Below, in pieces: positions 1-8,800 of a stretch of 37,747 bases of DNA; the first letter of the stretch is position 1, and each line of letters starts with the position of its first letter. The position numbers were made by a program, and so were the translations under genes. Origin of the DNA: Elainellaceae cyanobacterium (lineage in GTDB: Bacteria > Cyanobacteriota > Cyanobacteriia > CAZCXK01); NCBI GenBank assembly GCA_051117555.1, contig JBNPEG010000021.1:1-37747 (forward strand), given 5' to 3'. A model generated the notes under the pieces. That model had not been told where the DNA came from and ran no database searches. It saw nothing but the letters and a program-made list of their open reading frames with translations.

Positions 1-69
1 CAGCAAGAGACTGATTCTGTTCCGCTGTCTCCTTTCGCGATTCGCATGAAAGCTCAGGGATTGCTGTAG
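1..69 (+). CDS. 3' end of probable DUF433-family antitoxin (partial, runs off window)
   Basis: Frame 1 reads QQETDSVPLSPFAIRMKAQGLL* with TAG at 67-69, directly abutting the ATG of a DUF5615/PIN-like gene, the usual DUF433-DUF5615 arrangement. Confidence 0.55.
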   Translation, partial: QQETDSVPLSPFAIRMKAQGLL

Positions 70-222
70 ATGGCAGTTCAGTTTTATATGGATGTGCACG
101 TTCCCCTTGCCATTACAGATCAACTCCAACAGCGAGGCGTAGATGTTTTAACCGCAATTGAAGATGAACGGGCTGAACTCAATGATTTAGCGTTAACCAC
201 GTCTTTTATAGTCATATGTTAG
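70..222 (+). pseudogene. Truncated DUF5615 PIN-like toxin
   Basis: MAVQFYMDVHVPLAITDQLQQRGVDVLTAIEDERAELND matches the DUF5615 N-terminus. The resemblance is lost after about nt 186 and the ORF stops at 50 aa, without the expected 'RVLFTQD' segment. Confidence 0.7.
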
Positions 223-789
223 CCCTAGCGCGATCGCCATACGCTTGATTGCCACACTTTTAGCAGCGTGGCAATTTGGGAAGGGCGGAGGGAGGCTCAT
301 GACTTAAAAGATAGAAATCTACGTTTCCCACATCTGCACTTAAATTAGTTCATGAGGATGTCTTGAAAGTACTGGCCATGAAGCAATTTGCCAGCCTAAT
401 ACCAATTCATAAGATAATCTGATTTGAAATCCTCTAAATTTTGTGGGTGCAAAGCATTGAATCCTTCTCAAAGGTTCTCTTAAATCATAAAACCTCTTTT
501 CCACCATTAACTCTGGAAAAATATCTTGAAAGGCAAATCGATTATTCGAGATTACTCTTGCCTTTCTAAATCAAAATCAGTATATTTGTACTAATTTGCG
601 TAATAGCTTTTATGTTTGTGCAGAGTTTCCACACCCTGCATAGTTCCATCAAAGTATTTTCTAGTTCTGAGTATGTAATTAATTTTCATACTTACGTCGG
701 TGTGACTATGCACTGATTGAGATCATCATAGGAACTTTGGGAAAGTGTCTGCGTTAACGGTAGTGAATTTTTTATGGGAGATAAATAAT

Positions 790-1074
790 ATGTTCTTCGA
801 AGGTATTCATACAAGTGGCAAGTCCGATGGTGAGCTTTCTCAAATGTTGAAACAGCTTCAAGCAACTCCTGAAGAAAATTATTCTAAGCCTGAAGTCAGT
901 AAGCTGATTGGGCACATAGATGATGCTATTGCTCATGCTGATGAACCTGTGATAGAGCGGGCATTGCAAAGGGCAGGTCTAAGTTCAGAAGAAATGGTTT
1001 TCCTACTTCAAGAATCTAGGAGGCATGTCACGAACTTGGGCAAATTAAGAAAATCTAAATCAAGCGGTTTGTAA
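790..1074 (+). CDS. Hypothetical helical protein (94 aa)
   Basis: ORF 745..1074; the ATG at 790 is preceded by a GGGAG RBS-like motif; 9 bp gap to the next ORF. Confidence 0.6.
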   Translation: MFFEGIHTSGKSDGELSQMLKQLQATPEENYSKPEVSKLIGHIDDAIAHADEPVIERALQRAGLSSEEMVFLLQESRRHVTNLGKLRKSKSSGL

Positions 1075-1083
1075 GACTGAACT

Positions 1084-1347
1084 ATGGATTTTCCAATTAA
1101 TTTTTCGAGTAGTCAATCCGAACACGAGCAAGCTGCGGCAATCTTAGATACGGTTGCTAAGGCAATTCAAGATCCAAATTATAAAGAGCACTTATCGCCC
1201 TATGCGATAAGTGCCCGTCAGCAGTTCTCTGAACCACCTAGTAGACTCATCAACCATCTTAAGAATATTGAGCAAAATGCTGTAGCTGGCGGATATAATA
1301 ATTCAGCGATTGCTATAAGTCATATAGTTCAGTTCTTGGAACAGTGA
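1084..1347 (+). CDS. Hypothetical protein (87 aa)
   Basis: ATG-started ORF in AT-rich DNA, operonic spacing with the upstream ORF, followed by an imperfect hairpin at about 1350-1371. Confidence 0.6.
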   Translation: MDFPINFSSSQSEHEQAAAILDTVAKAIQDPNYKEHLSPYAISARQQFSEPPSRLINHLKNIEQNAVAGGYNNSAIAISHIVQFLEQ

Positions 1348-1459
1348 ATAGAACTTTCATTGAGGAGTTCTAAAGAAATTAGGATTTTCTTTTATCTCAA
1401 CAGTGACAACTTTCTAACAAGCTCTGAAATCTCTGAAACCCTCATTCTCCCTTTGCTAG

Positions 1460-1966
1460 TCAAAAACTGTCTGGAGTATTTTTAGCTCTTTTTAAAAATT
1501 CTATTTCCTTAATTATGCCTTCCTCATAGTTGCGAGTTAGTCCAAGTTCATCTTTGATAATAGTGCTCAGATGTTTTATTCCTACTTCCAGTTTTCTTCT
1601 ATCTTCATCGGTGTTATTAGGGTGACTCAAATCTTTCTCTAAGGCGGAAAGATATTGCAATAAACGGCCGGTTCTTTTATAGACGCTCCTGCTTTCTATT
1701 TGATCTCTTAGATGCGAGATATATTCTACTTCTTTCAATCGTTGATCAAGTTCATTATTTATAAGTCCTCGTTGAAACTCTTTTGAGAAATTCAGTCGAG
1801 CGTTCAAGGCAGAGGATCTAATTTTTTTCTTACTTGATAAATCATTCAGTCTTTTCCAGGAGAACAAAGAAAACCAAAGTGCTAGAATGCTTATTAGCAT
1901 CGAAAAAATGAGAACGCACCACAGAATGATATTCTGAAACACCTTTTTACTCCTAATAATTCCCAA
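1460..1966 (-). CDS. Hypothetical protein, N-terminal TM helix plus helical domain
   Basis: 168 aa ORF with hydrophobic IILWCVLIFSMLISILALWFSLFSW followed by a charged helical region. Confidence 0.65.
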   Translation of the reverse strand: MGIIRSKKVFQNIILWCVLIFSMLISILALWFSLFSWKRLNDLSSKKKIRSSALNARLNFSKEFQRGLINNELDQRLKEVEYISHLRDQIESRSVYKRTGRLLQYLSALEKDLSHPNNTDEDRRKLEVGIKHLSTIIKDELGLTRNYEEGIIKEIEFLKRAKNTPDSF

Positions 1967-1977
1967 TAAATATAGAA

Positions 1978-2811
1978 TTACAATTCAATCCCTCGAAGTG
2001 AGTGTCTGATATGCTCGATATGATCTTTATTAACTTCAATTTTATCTAGGCTAGCGCTTGTAGACTGCCTATCGATGGTGTGCAAGATTTTCTCGCGAAT
2101 GCGTTCATTGAATTTAGCTAATTCTGGGATTCTGCTTTGTAAATTCGGTTGTGTTTGTTGGTAGCTCACAAGGTCTTCAAGTGTCTCCTTAATGTTTTTC
2201 AGTTCAAATTCAATACATTTTGAGACAGCCTCTTCCTGATGAACATTACTCGTTTGTAATAAGGCTTCTATTGCTCGTAAACGGTCTTGCACAGAACACA
2301 AACTTTCCAAGCCTCTCTTTTGTTCTAGTTGATCAGCAGATAAAGTGGCAATTTGGTATTCTAACCACTGTGTTCTAGTTGCTAAAAGGGATAATCGTTT
2401 ATCTATCCAATCCAATAAATCACTTTTTGCTTCCTCAACAATGGCTTGCTTTTGATTTTCTCGATCGATAACATCTACTAAAATCTTAAAACCTAACATT
2501 ACAGTAGCTACAGTAAGTACACTCCCTAGCAAAGAGAAAAATACTGTATTCATCAAATCGCTATTATATTTTTGAATACTTTCCAATTCGCTCTGTTCTA
2601 TAGAGCCAGGAATGGGATTTTCTTCGTCAGATGCCTCGGTAGTACTAGAACTAGGCGATGTTTCTGATAAATCTGGGGGAGGGTTTTGTACAGCTTGAGC
2701 TAGAGATAGATTGGGTTTCTTTAGAGAAACAGATACAGCACCTCCCCAATGATTGTCTGGTAACTGAAATGACAAAGCGACCAAGAGCTGAATCGTCACA
2801 AAAAATGGCAT
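1978..2811 (-). CDS. Hypothetical membrane protein (signal-like N-terminus, S/P/E-rich linker, TM helix, coiled-coil C-terminus)
   Basis: 277 aa ORF; TM segment VFFSLLGSVLTVATVMLGFKILV; heptad-like C-terminal half. Confidence 0.7.
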   Translation of the reverse strand: MPFFVTIQLLVALSFQLPDNHWGGAVSVSLKKPNLSLAQAVQNPPPDLSETSPSSSTTEASDEENPIPGSIEQSELESIQKYNSDLMNTVFFSLLGSVLTVATVMLGFKILVDVIDRENQKQAIVEEAKSDLLDWIDKRLSLLATRTQWLEYQIATLSADQLEQKRGLESLCSVQDRLRAIEALLQTSNVHQEEAVSKCIEFELKNIKETLEDLVSYQQTQPNLQSRIPELAKFNERIREKILHTIDRQSTSASLDKIEVNKDHIEHIRHSLRGIEL

Positions 2812-2845
2812 ATGTCACCCCCAATTCAAAAACTAAGCTATTTGT

Positions 2846-3253
2846 TTATTTGCCAGTGGGTTTGATTCGATGATGTGCTTTAAGGATTTCACACAATATT
2901 CCTTGATCTGTTGGGTTAGCGTGAGTAATCCGCTTAATCATGTTCATTGCGGTGTTCTTATCAACGGCAATCTCCCTTGCCAGTCTCCGGACACCAATTC
3001 CTTTATTAGTTTCCATAACCAGAACAATTGCCAAAAACCACTTATGTAAATCTACACGAGTTTTATGAAAAAGCGTACCAACTGTCACACTATATGATGT
3101 AAAACAATTGTTACAGTGATATCGCTTTTCCCGTTTGTAGGCGGTCCCATTTGTAGCGCCACAGTAGGGACACATCGGTATACCGTGCCATCGAATCTGT
3201 TCTAGGTAATCTAGGCATTCTTCATGATTCTGTAGCATTTCAATAACCCACAA
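2846..3253 (-). mobile_element. IS1595-family transposase N-terminal part (Zn ribbon plus HTH), no DDE domain
   Basis: ECLDYLEQIRW..CPYCG..YHCNNC..SVTVGTLFHKTRVDLHKWFLAI..GIGVRRLAREIAVDKNTAMNM is the IS1595 Zn-ribbon/HTH pattern. The ORF ends at 135 aa, before the catalytic domain. Confidence 0.8.
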
Positions 3254-3461
3254 AAATTTTGTAGACGGACTACAAAGACTTTTGCGGGTTGTTGAGCAGA
3301 ATTAAATGTGGCTTTCTGATTTGTTACATCTTCTTTATGGAGTAGGTTAGCAGCTTAAGGACGGATTTTAGGATGGATGAAGCTCACTGTTGAATTATCG
3401 AAGGCATTACTCGATGGTTAGCAGTGCCTACCCTTATCAAGAATTTTTGGATAGGAAACAC

Positions 3462-3724
3462 GACATCTACTTCAACACGTCGCCTACTGGAAAAACATAC
3501 CTTCCCGAGTTTGGGACTATACCATCGGTGGCTACCAAGTCATCAAAAAATGGCTCAGCTACCGCGAAGAAGCCTTGCTTGGCCGCCCCCTTAAACCTGA
3601 AGAAGCTCGCGAAGTCACATTTATGGCTCGCCGCATCGCCGCTATTCTATTGCTAGAACCGCAGCTTAACGCCAACTACGAAGCCGTGAAAAACAATACC
3701 TACGATTGGCCTACCGAAAAATGA
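3462..3724 (+). pseudogene. C-terminal remnant of a Type ISP-like restriction-modification enzyme
   Basis: With one frameshift near 3477 the sequence reads DIYFN-VAYWKNIPSRVWDYTIGGYQVIKKWLSYREEALLGRPLKPEEAREVTFMARRIAAILLLEPQLNANY..*. The 'W.Y.IGGYQV.KKWLSYR' motif is characteristic of Type ISP C-termini. No start codon or upstream domains. Confidence 0.75.
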
Positions 3725-3808
3725 TTTACTCGTTAATCCAATTGTCTAAAAACAAGGCCAAAAATAAAACTACCTCGCTCTGCTAAAACGTTATCGGGAG
3801 AATTTCCA

Positions 3809-4045
3809 ATGAATACAAATTCATCAGCTCCAAACATACAGCTCGTTGAATCACTTGTTCAGGTCATTCAATCTCTTTCAGCCAACGAGCAAGTGTTACT
3901 GCTAGACAAATTATTGAGTGAAATCCCCTATCCATCGATAACAGAAATGATGCATCTTGCAGAGCAAGGAAAAAGCTTTGACTTTTGGCGCGACGAACCT
4001 GACATTTACACCCTCGATGATAGAGAATCCATCACAGGGTCATAA
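3809..4045 (+). CDS. Putative antitoxin of a PemK/MazF module
   Basis: 78 aa with acidic C-terminus SFDFWRDEPDIYT, overlapping the start of a PemK-like frame. Confidence 0.6.
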   Translation: MNTNSSAPNIQLVESLVQVIQSLSANEQVLLLDKLLSEIPYPSITEMMHLAEQGKSFDFWRDEPDIYTLDDRESITGS

Positions 4046-4203
4046 AGGATGATGTCGTTTTAGTACAATTTCCATTTACAGATCTGAGCCAGTCAAAACT
4101 TCGTCCGGCAATCATTCTCTGGATTGATCCAGTCGGTACAGATGTTGTCGTTTGTGCCATTACCTCCCAAAACCTCAATCGACTAGAGGAAGGTGAATTC
4201 CTA
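4036..4203 (+). pseudogene. PemK/MazF toxin N-terminal fragment, start codon lost
   Basis: Frame reads (R)VIKDDVVLVQFPFTDLSQSKLRPAIILWIDPVGTDVVVCAITSQNL, matching 'DVVLVxFPFTD..K.RPA'. AGG at 4036 sits where ATG is expected; the resemblance ends at about 4203. Confidence 0.75.
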
Positions 4204-4364
4204 AACTCATCAAGAAATATCGCTCCATCCAAGCGGATATTCAGCCCATCATCGAACGGTTACAGCAGGGGATTTTTCTGGGCGATCGCGACGCAGCTTG
4301 GCTCAATGTGGAAACGGGAATTAAGAAGGCGATTGAGTCCATGAAAACTAAACGATATTTCTGA
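4203..4364 (+). pseudogene. Chimeric remnant: RelE/HigB-like toxin fragment fused to a TIR-like C-terminus
   Basis: One frame reads KLIKKYRSIQADIQPIIERLQQGIFLGDR (RelE-like) then DAAWLNVETGIKKAIESMKTKRYF* (resembles the last helix of cyanobacterial TIR domains). The junction is at HIP1 GCGATCGC 4282-4289. Confidence 0.55.
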
Positions 4365-4416
4365 CGCAGTTCAACTTGCACATCATGTTTTGTTAACGAT
4401 TTATAGCAAGTCAGAC

Positions 4417-5781
4417 TTATCCCTGGTATTGCACCCGGTAGATGCGATTATTCATCTCCTCAGTAAATAACAAACTACCATCTGGCATCACCAGCACTCC
4501 CACCGGACGACCCCAGGTTGTAGGGCCTAATGGGTCAGTCAAAAACCCGGTGACAAAATCTTCGTAATATCCGTCCGGGCGACCATCTGTAAACGGCACA
4601 AATACAATCTTGTATCCCGTTCCTCGGCTGCGATTCCATGACCCACGAAAGGCAACGAATGCGCCGTTGCGATACTCCTCAGGGAAGGTGTCTTGCGTGT
4701 AGAACTTGAGCCCCAGTGCCGCAGAATGCGATTGAAAAAGCACGTCCGGCGTTTGAGTTTCAGCGGCAAGGTCAGGATTTAGGCTGCGATCGCCCCGGGC
4801 TTGCCTCGGATCGAGCAGATTGGGCTTCAAATAGGTGTAGGGCCAGCCATAAAATTCTCCGTATTGAATTCGCGTGAGATAATCGGGCACCAAATCATCG
4901 CCCAATCCATCGCGCTCATTCACCGTGGTATAGAGTTCGCCCGTGACCGGATGAAAATCAAGCCCCACCGGATTGCGAAGCCCATAGGCAAAGGTTTCCA
5001 TGTTTGAGCCGTCCAGGTTCATACGCTGCACCGAGGCGCGCGGCAGCGGTTCGCGATCTACATTTGAGCGAGAGCCAATCGAGACGTAGAGTTTTTGCTC
5101 GTTGGGTGAGACGATCACGTTTCGCGTCCAGTGTTGGCGGTAGCCGCCTCCCGGTAGGTCAGCGATGGGTTCGCCTCGCCCGGTCAGTTGGTCTTGCCCC
5201 TGAGAATAGGGAAACCGCAGGACGGCGCTGCTATTGCCTAAGAAAAAGAAATTATCAGTAAACGCCATGCCAAATGGGATATCGAGCCCGTTTTCAGGAC
5301 CGGCGAACTGCTCTTTGACATCGGCAACACCGTCACCGTTCGTATCTTTCAGCAACCGAATGCGGTTTTGCCGAGTCTCCGTCACGAGCACATCGCCCGA
5401 TGGCGTCAGTGCCAGCCAGCGCGGGCGATCGAGCCCGTCGGCAAAGACATTAACCGTAAACCCTTCCGGAACATTCAGCGTCGGATTTTGCGGAACCGGC
5501 ACTACATTTGGGCTTTTCGCCACGCTTTGACTCGCATAGGGAGGCGGAAGATCGGAGACGCTGATGCGAATTGGAGCGGGGGATAAGGGGGCTGTGGGGA
5601 TGACCGCCGACTCAGGCGGAGTCGTGGTTTGTTTGGGCTCTGCGGTTTCTGGACTGGATACTGCGTTCGGCGTTTCAGACGGCTTTGTCGCGTCTGACGA
5701 CTCGTCGGGGGGCGTAGATGAGGTCGTGCAGGCAGTCAGCGCAATGACTAGACAGAAAAGAGGTAGTCGAAACAATTGCAT
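4417..5781 (-). CDS. Glucose/sorbosone dehydrogenase family (beta-propeller) lipoprotein
   Basis: Lipobox LTAC; motifs HWTRN, GLRNPVG, VNERDGLGDDLVPDY, HSAALG, GSWNRS, GRPVG. Confidence 0.9.
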   Translation of the reverse strand: MQLFRLPLFCLVIALTACTTSSTPPDESSDATKPSETPNAVSSPETAEPKQTTTPPESAVIPTAPLSPAPIRISVSDLPPPYASQSVAKSPNVVPVPQNPTLNVPEGFTVNVFADGLDRPRWLALTPSGDVLVTETRQNRIRLLKDTNGDGVADVKEQFAGPENGLDIPFGMAFTDNFFFLGNSSAVLRFPYSQGQDQLTGRGEPIADLPGGGYRQHWTRNVIVSPNEQKLYVSIGSRSNVDREPLPRASVQRMNLDGSNMETFAYGLRNPVGLDFHPVTGELYTTVNERDGLGDDLVPDYLTRIQYGEFYGWPYTYLKPNLLDPRQARGDRSLNPDLAAETQTPDVLFQSHSAALGLKFYTQDTFPEEYRNGAFVAFRGSWNRSRGTGYKIVFVPFTDGRPDGYYEDFVTGFLTDPLGPTTWGRPVGVLVMPDGSLLFTEEMNNRIYRVQYQG

Positions 5782-5912
5782 AAAAGCTAAGGGTGCGATC
5801 GCCCTTCAAAACAGCTAATTCCCCACGGATGCGCATCAGCCAGGGGCGCCAATTGTTTCTATTCTAGTCAGATCAATGGGTATTGAGGTATCTATCCGCG
5901 TAGGGGAGTTTT

Positions 5913-5940
5913 GCAGGGCACGGCATGCCCTGCCCCCACA
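5913..5940. repeat. REP-like imperfect palindrome
   Basis: GGGCACGGCATGCCCTGCCC in the intergenic region downstream of the ABC operon; resembles GTAG-family cyanobacterial REPs. Confidence 0.5.
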
Positions 5941-5990
5941 AACGTGACAAGTCGGCAGATTTAAGGCGTCGCTGAATTCAGGGGCGCGCT

Positions 5991-6896
5991 TTAACCCTCA
6001 ATCAACCCACTCTGCTCTAAAAATTCGCGGGCGACCTCATCGGGTTCCCGGCTATTACCAGCGACTTCCCAATTGAGCGATCGTATTGTTTCGGCGTCGA
6101 GCATCGCAGATAGTTGGTTGAGCGCATCCGCAATTTCAGGATACTCGTCTAGAATCTCTTGTCTGACAATGGGCGCGGCTGGATAGGGGGGCCAGAAATT
6201 TTTGTCGTCTTCTAACACCAGCAAATCGTAGGCGGCAATTTGACCATCGGTGCCGAAGCCGGTTGTGACATCAATTTCACCCTCCTCAATGCCGGAGTAA
6301 AGCAGTCCTGGATTGAGTGCTACCACATCTTCGAAGTTAAACCCGCCGTAGGTTTCTTTCAAACCAGGCAGTCCATCATCCCGCTCGGTAAACTCCTGAG
6401 TGGTGCCAAAGGTTAAATCGCTGGCTTTATTGGACAGGTCGCTCACCGTTTGAATTCCCAGCTCATTCGCTTGGGGCTTTGGCATTACTAAGACGTAGGT
6501 GTTATTAAAATTAGTAGGCTCAAGAACGGCTAGACTAAATTGCTCGGCGTAGGCGTCTTTAACCGTCGTGTAGACTTCTTCGGCTCCCATGCTGGAGTCA
6601 AACTCCATACCCAGGTGAGTCAGCAGAGAGGTGCCCGTATATTCCGGATAGATATCAATTTCTCCGTTGACGATCGCCTGATGGTTTTCGCTCGATCCAC
6701 CCACTGGCGTGTAATCTGCATTAAACCCAGACTCATCCAGCAAAATTTCGTAGAGATTGCCGAGCACATACTGTTCGGTGAAGTCTTTGGAGCCCACCCG
6801 AATCGTTGGCGCGTCTGAATTGCTACTACTGCAAGCCGCAAAGATTCCGACGGATGCACCCACTAAAACACCGACAAAGACACGTCGTCCGAGCAT
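5991..6896 (-). CDS. Glycine betaine/osmoprotectant ABC transporter substrate-binding lipoprotein (OpuAC/OsmX-like)
   Basis: VGSKDFTEQ, YPEYTGT, FNNTY, LEDDKNFWPPY motifs. Start chosen at ATG 6896 (AGGAG RBS, GRR..lipobox FAAC) rather than 6974. Confidence 0.92.
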   Translation of the reverse strand: MLGRRVFVGVLVGASVGIFAACSSSNSDAPTIRVGSKDFTEQYVLGNLYEILLDESGFNADYTPVGGSSENHQAIVNGEIDIYPEYTGTSLLTHLGMEFDSSMGAEEVYTTVKDAYAEQFSLAVLEPTNFNNTYVLVMPKPQANELGIQTVSDLSNKASDLTFGTTQEFTERDDGLPGLKETYGGFNFEDVVALNPGLLYSGIEEGEIDVTTGFGTDGQIAAYDLLVLEDDKNFWPPYPAAPIVRQEILDEYPEIADALNQLSAMLDAETIRSLNWEVAGNSREPDEVAREFLEQSGLIEG

Positions 6897-6970
6897 TAGA
6901 ATTCTCCTGAAAAGTATGAAATAAACGATTAACGTAAAACACATCGACACATACGATTGACCCAGAGTGA

Positions 6971-7000
6971 CCAAAATCGACCGAAATCGACTGAAATCGA
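6971..7000. repeat. 10-bp tandem repeat, three copies
   Basis: CCAAAATCGA CCGAAATCGA CTGAAATCGA between the permease and binding-protein genes. Confidence 0.7.
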
Positions 7001-7003
7001 TAA

Positions 7004-8083
7004 TTAAGGCGATGACGTCGCTTCTTGGAGTCGTTTAGGGCTGATCTGACGACTGCGATAGAAACGGATGAATTCAAAACCTGTGATCACCGCCACGCTA
7101 AACACGGCGACTAAAAACAAGCTCAATCCGCTCTGGAGCTGATCAAGGGTGGTTGAGATGCCGATCGCCAGCCATAGCAAAGAGGCGATCGCCAGCCCGC
7201 TCGTCACCAGTAACACCAAGAATGAATTCCCCGGCTGCCATCGTCGAGGAAACAACGCAGCAACTAGGCTCAAGAGCAGGACTGGAAAGCCGATCGCCCG
7301 ATATTCTGCATGGAGGCCGGTTAACACCACAGGGGTTCCCGATCCATCCACCGATAGCTCCCACGGTAGCAACACGCCAAAGATTAATGGCATCACCGCA
7401 ACGGCTAATAAAACACCGATCAATCCACCCGATACCCTCGTCTCCTCTTTTAAGCCTTTTGGCGTTGCCCACCCTTCTAAGCGACCAAATGCTTCCTCAA
7501 AGTAGAAAGCCAGCAACGTCGCAGGCAAGGCTCCAGCCAGCATAATGTGGTCTTTGTTGAGGGCATGACCGCGTAAGATCAAATCTCCCAAGCCGCCGCC
7601 GCCAATAAAGGCTGCCAGAGTCGTACTTGCTACTACTACCACGGCTGCGGTGCGCACCCCCGCCATGATAATCGGCAAGGCAATGGGCAGTTCTAGCCTG
7701 AGCAAAACTTGGCGATCGCGCATTCCCATGCCCCGCGCAGCTTCCTTGGTATCCGCATCTACCTGCTCGATCCCAATGGTGGTATTAATCAGGATAGGCA
7801 AGGTGCCAATGAACCCCAGCGCGACTAAGGTCGGAGGCGTCCCAATTCCCAAAAGCGGCAGAGCAAGGGCGAGAATCGCCAAGCTTGGAATCGTGCGTCC
7901 GATTTTGCCAACAGTGAGTAGGGTATCTCGGAGCCAGAGCATCCGTGACCCCAAAATGCCTAAGACCAGTCCTAGCACGATCGAAATGGTCAGCGCGATG
8001 AATGTAATCGTCAAATGCTGACTCAGCGCAGTCGTAAATTCTTGAGACTGGTTGATGATGTAATCGCTCATCTCTCCCAACAT
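7004..8083 (-). CDS. Osmoprotectant ABC permease with long hydrophobic C-terminal extension
   Basis: TIPSLA, EAARGMGM (EAA loop), ELPIALPIIMAGVR, IGGGGLG motifs, plus about 150 extra aa with about 4 hydrophobic segments. Confidence 0.9.
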   Translation of the reverse strand: MLGEMSDYIINQSQEFTTALSQHLTITFIALTISIVLGLVLGILGSRMLWLRDTLLTVGKIGRTIPSLAILALALPLLGIGTPPTLVALGFIGTLPILINTTIGIEQVDADTKEAARGMGMRDRQVLLRLELPIALPIIMAGVRTAAVVVVASTTLAAFIGGGGLGDLILRGHALNKDHIMLAGALPATLLAFYFEEAFGRLEGWATPKGLKEETRVSGGLIGVLLAVAVMPLIFGVLLPWELSVDGSGTPVVLTGLHAEYRAIGFPVLLLSLVAALFPRRWQPGNSFLVLLVTSGLAIASLLWLAIGISTTLDQLQSGLSLFLVAVFSVAVITGFEFIRFYRSRQISPKRLQEATSSP

Positions 8084-8093
8084 GGGCTATCTC

Positions 8094-8774
8094 CTATTTT
8101 GCGACCGAGCCAGGCAAACTCCGCTCCACTCGCCCGATAATCTGGTCAAATAAAACTGCCAGGACAGCGGCACCGATTGCGCCCGCTGCAATTTTGTCGT
8201 TGCGGGTGCCGCCAGCGGCAATTCCTTCAAAGATTAAATTGCCCAGGCTATTCGCACCAAAGAAGGATGCTAAGGTTGCCAAGCTGATGGTCGAGACGGT
8301 GGCAATGCGAATTCCGGCAAAGATGACGGGGAGGGCAAGAGGAATCTCAACCTGAAGTAAAATGCTGCGATCGCGCATCCCCATGCCTCTAGCAGCTTCG
8401 ATGATTGCGGCGTCAACTCCATTAATGCCAACTGCCGTATTGCGAATAATCGCAAGCAAGGAGTAGAGCGTTAGCGCAATGATAGCGGGTGTAAATCCGA
8501 TACCCACAATGGGCACCAAAATGCCAAACATTGCTAGACTCGGCACCGTGTACAACATGCCCGCCAGTTTAATCACAGGGTCATAGAGCGATCGCACGCG
8601 TGTAATCAACACCCCCAGCGGAACACTAATGAGAATTGCAAACACCAGGGTCACTAGGGTAATGAGCAGATGCCCTCCCAGAAACTCCATCACTCGGTCA
8701 GGACGACCCACACCGGGCACATAATACAGTAGACCGTCCTTGATGCTGACAAAAAAGCCACCTAAATTTTCCAT
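8094..8774 (-). CDS. Osmoprotectant ABC permease
   Basis: YTVPSLAMFG, EAARGMGM, EIPLALPVIFAGIR motifs. Confidence 0.92.
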   Translation of the reverse strand: MENLGGFFVSIKDGLLYYVPGVGRPDRVMEFLGGHLLITLVTLVFAILISVPLGVLITRVRSLYDPVIKLAGMLYTVPSLAMFGILVPIVGIGFTPAIIALTLYSLLAIIRNTAVGINGVDAAIIEAARGMGMRDRSILLQVEIPLALPVIFAGIRIATVSTISLATLASFFGANSLGNLIFEGIAAGGTRNDKIAAGAIGAAVLAVLFDQIIGRVERSLPGSVAK

Positions 8775-8800
8775 AGTTGAACCCAGATTGAACCCATCGG

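Noticed and set aside
1397..3393. TCAACAGTGA (1397-1406) / TCACTGTTGA (3384-3393) as IS1595 terminal inverted repeats
   Set aside because: Only 10 bp, does not extend, and no target duplication seen; compatible with chance.
3390..3656. ORF 3390..3656 (+) as a real gene
   Set aside because: Mostly an off-frame reading of the Type ISP remnant.
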